From: Macrostomum lignano | Taxonomy: Eukaryota | Reading direction: 5' to 3' | Assembly: GCA_002269645.1 (NCBI GenBank) | Contig: NIVC01003515.1 | Location: 30,006 to 94,005, forward strand | Length of the DNA: 64,000 nt | In this document: positions 61,701 to 64,000 of the stretch, piece by piece | How positions within the stretch are numbered: position 1 is the stretch's first letter | Layout: every line of letters begins with the position of its first letter | Made by a program: the position numbers and the translations under genes | The notes under the pieces: generated by a model | Database searches by the model: none | Told to the model about the DNA's origin: nothing | Seen by the model: only the letters and a program-made list of their open reading frames with translations

Positions 61701-62259
61701 GTTGACAGCAAATTGAGAGTTTTCTCACCGCCTGAACTATAGAAGTGGTTTGATTAGTTAATCGAAATTTATCTGGTATTTTATGACCCATCTGATAAGC
61801 TTTGCTGAGTGCCCGTTTTAAAAAAGACCCAGAAAATGTTTTTTAACTGCCAGCGGTCCTATATAGTAAGTACACTAGCTTTCTTTCTCTCGCTACTGTT
61901 TACATCTTTAAAGAGATTTTTCTAGATTTCCCGAGGGAACGGGGCGCAGGACAACAGAAGTCCCCCTCTCTCTCTGAAATTCCCAATTCTCCTCTCTTAT
62001 TCCCCGCCTCCCCTCCAATTTTCCATTGGCCCATCGATCGACCTTGTGATCTAGCCGCGTGCCTGACGACTTAAATCAACTGGCATTTGACAAGCAGGCA
62101 AAGCAAAAGCAGAAGCAAAAGCAAGAACACACTGCTGGCCAGCTCGCGGATGATGCTTTGAATATAATGGGTAACATTGATTTTCCAACTCTGAAGGCTT
62201 TTCCGCAAGTTACATTGAGTAGCGACAGCTGTGAGCATTCCGATTACTAATGGGCCTAC

Positions 62260-62612
62260 TATTGGTTTTGTCAGCCTAACTGAGAATAAAGCCATCCAAA
62301 GTGAGAATCCTGCCTACGCTGACTGCGAAGGGCCTGGCTGCGTGCAGCCTTAGTCTATGGGCCATAGACTATAAAGGATAAGCTAGGATTGGCTAGTCAT
62401 ATGGCTCAGAAGCTCAGAAGGTATAAAAATAAAAGAATACGACGCATAGACCAATCGATTCTCACATTGGATGGCTTTTTATCACTTTGCTTGTCCTTTA
62501 TTGTCTATGGCCCATAGACTAAGGCTGCACGCAGCCAGGCCCTTCGCAGTCAGCGTAGGCAGGATTCTCACTTTGGATGGCTTTATTCTCAGTTAGGCTG
62601 ACAAAAGCAATA
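62260..62612. mobile_element. Fold-back MITE-like element: ~124-bp inverted arms around a 105-bp spacer
   Basis: Segments 62260-62383 and 62489-62612 are reverse complements with about 3 mismatches. CTAC flanks both sides (62256-59 and 62613-16) as a candidate 4-bp TSD. Confidence 0.8.
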
Positions 62613-63239
62613 CTACACACACCGAAAACAAAAGTGGATATGACAGAGCAAATTTACTTTCAAAAAGAGCTCCTGATGCGGATTCCTTATCTACAGACAC
62701 TGTGATTTGAATGCATTTTGCAACATAAAGTAGAAATTACATTAACTACAGAACTTTGCCTCGATTGACCCGGATTCAAGCGTCCAAGGATATTAGAATG
62801 AGTAGGTTAAGCATATAGAGTAGTAAAAAGACTTGCACAGCAGGCAGAGAGGCAGAGAAATCGATAAGGACCATCGGACCGATTGTGCCCGCTCTGTCAA
62901 TCTGGTTCATCATCGTAGTTTTTCTCTCTGGCTGGAGATGCTGAGGGGACGGCCTGAAATGACAATATTTCTCCTCTCTAAGCAAATAGAGCCTGGCAAT
63001 TCTTTCTCTCCCAGACTCCTCAACGGTGGCGTGCCTCATCATACTCGCGCCATTGCTCTTCGATCGAGTCCAGACTCCTCCAGAGATGGAGCCTAAATTT
63101 TCTAAGCCTGCGTGAGAGTAAACTCATTGATGTAGTCTCGGGATGGCGTTTAGAGATGGAAAAATATGCTCTGGGTTCTCATCGTTTCTAAAAAAAAGAT
63201 CCTTAGGTCCTCTCTAACGTGAGAGCCAGATGGTAACCA

Positions 63240-63535
63240 TAACACCTAGGGAACCTAGAAACACACATAAAAACCTAGGGACACAGACATGAGAACCTAG
63301 GGACACAGAAATGAGTACCTAGGGACACAGACATGAGAACCTAGGGACACAGAAATGAGAACCAAGGGACACAGAAATGAGAACCAAGGGACACAGACAT
63401 GAGAACCTAGGACACAGAAATGAGTACCGAGGGACACAGAAATGAGAACCTAGGGACAGAAATGAGAACCTAAGGACACAGAAATGAAACCTAGGATACA
63501 GAAATGAGTACCTAGGGACACAATTGAGAACTTTA
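63240..63535. repeat. ~24-nt minisatellite gaacctagggacacagaaatga
   Basis: Tandem copies. Confidence 0.9.
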
Positions 63536-64000
63536 GCAACGTCTACTAGTGCCAGTGAATGGCAGTTATGATTGTTGTAACCTCATTAAACAGACTCGGA
63601 GCGTCGTTAGACTTACATTGGCAGGTCTCAGCGGCCGCAGTTGCATAAGAGGCTCTATAAGTATTCATCAGCGTATACTCGTCGCAATAGGAAGGAAAAC
63701 ATAATTCTACCTTAACAGGTTTCTATATATATATAATAGCTGAACCTAAAGAAACAATATGCAGATGAGTTTGTTCTCCGGGAGAGCAGACGACTCGAAT
63801 CTGGTTATGATTGATTTATTAATCAACAGGGGATTTAACTAGGGCAAGGACTTTCACCGCCGCTGCCGCCGATGCTGTAAGCGACAAACATCTGTCTCTA
63901 AAGTAATAAAGAAATAAGCTACTAAAGGAACAGCTATGTAGGCTAACACTGATCTGGTAGGGTATAGAAAGGGGAGAAGGAACGCAAAGGATCGCTCGCG

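Noticed and set aside
62830-63100. Minus-strand RRNIVISGRP peptide, reminiscent of the LINE ORF1 RRNN(I/L)xIxG motif
   Set aside because: It has multiple stops and frameshifts with only a short motif, which is too weak without an HMM search.
63615-63700. Minus-strand exon candidate ending in AAT|GTAAGT
   Set aside because: There is a good donor but no clear acceptor or recognisable peptide, so it cannot be assigned to a gene.

Overview
This is eukaryotic (animal) genomic DNA, not prokaryotic. It has GC-rich spliced exons with GT-AG introns, AT-rich spacers, and a different minisatellite in most long introns. The style and protein divergence suggest a flatworm such as Macrostomum, which is an inference only. 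Hand-built gene models: first exon of S-adenosylmethionine synthetase (-, runs off the left edge); a 14-exon EFCAB6-like EF-hand protein (-); a GH47 alpha-1,2-mannosidase nested antisense in EFCAB6 intron 1 (+); a complete 10-exon nicotinic acetylcholine receptor alpha subunit (+); OSTM1 (-); an orphan 127-aa ORF (-); PDCD2L (-); and DLG5 (-, 5' end not found). Mobile DNA: a 5'-truncated Penelope-like element whose inverted terminal repeats each hold a minimal hammerhead ribozyme; a decayed Crypton/DUF3504-type fragment beside a ~100-nt hairpin; a 2.18-kb solo LTR with a 4-bp TSD; a fold-back MITE; a TIR-bounded element carrying a 40-bp tandem array; and a tRNA-derived SINE. Most long ORFs in the supplied track are artefacts of tandem repeats. 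There is no CRISPR system, but two short arrays of a palindromic motif with dissimilar spacers are flagged. All coordinates were read by hand and may be off by a few bases.
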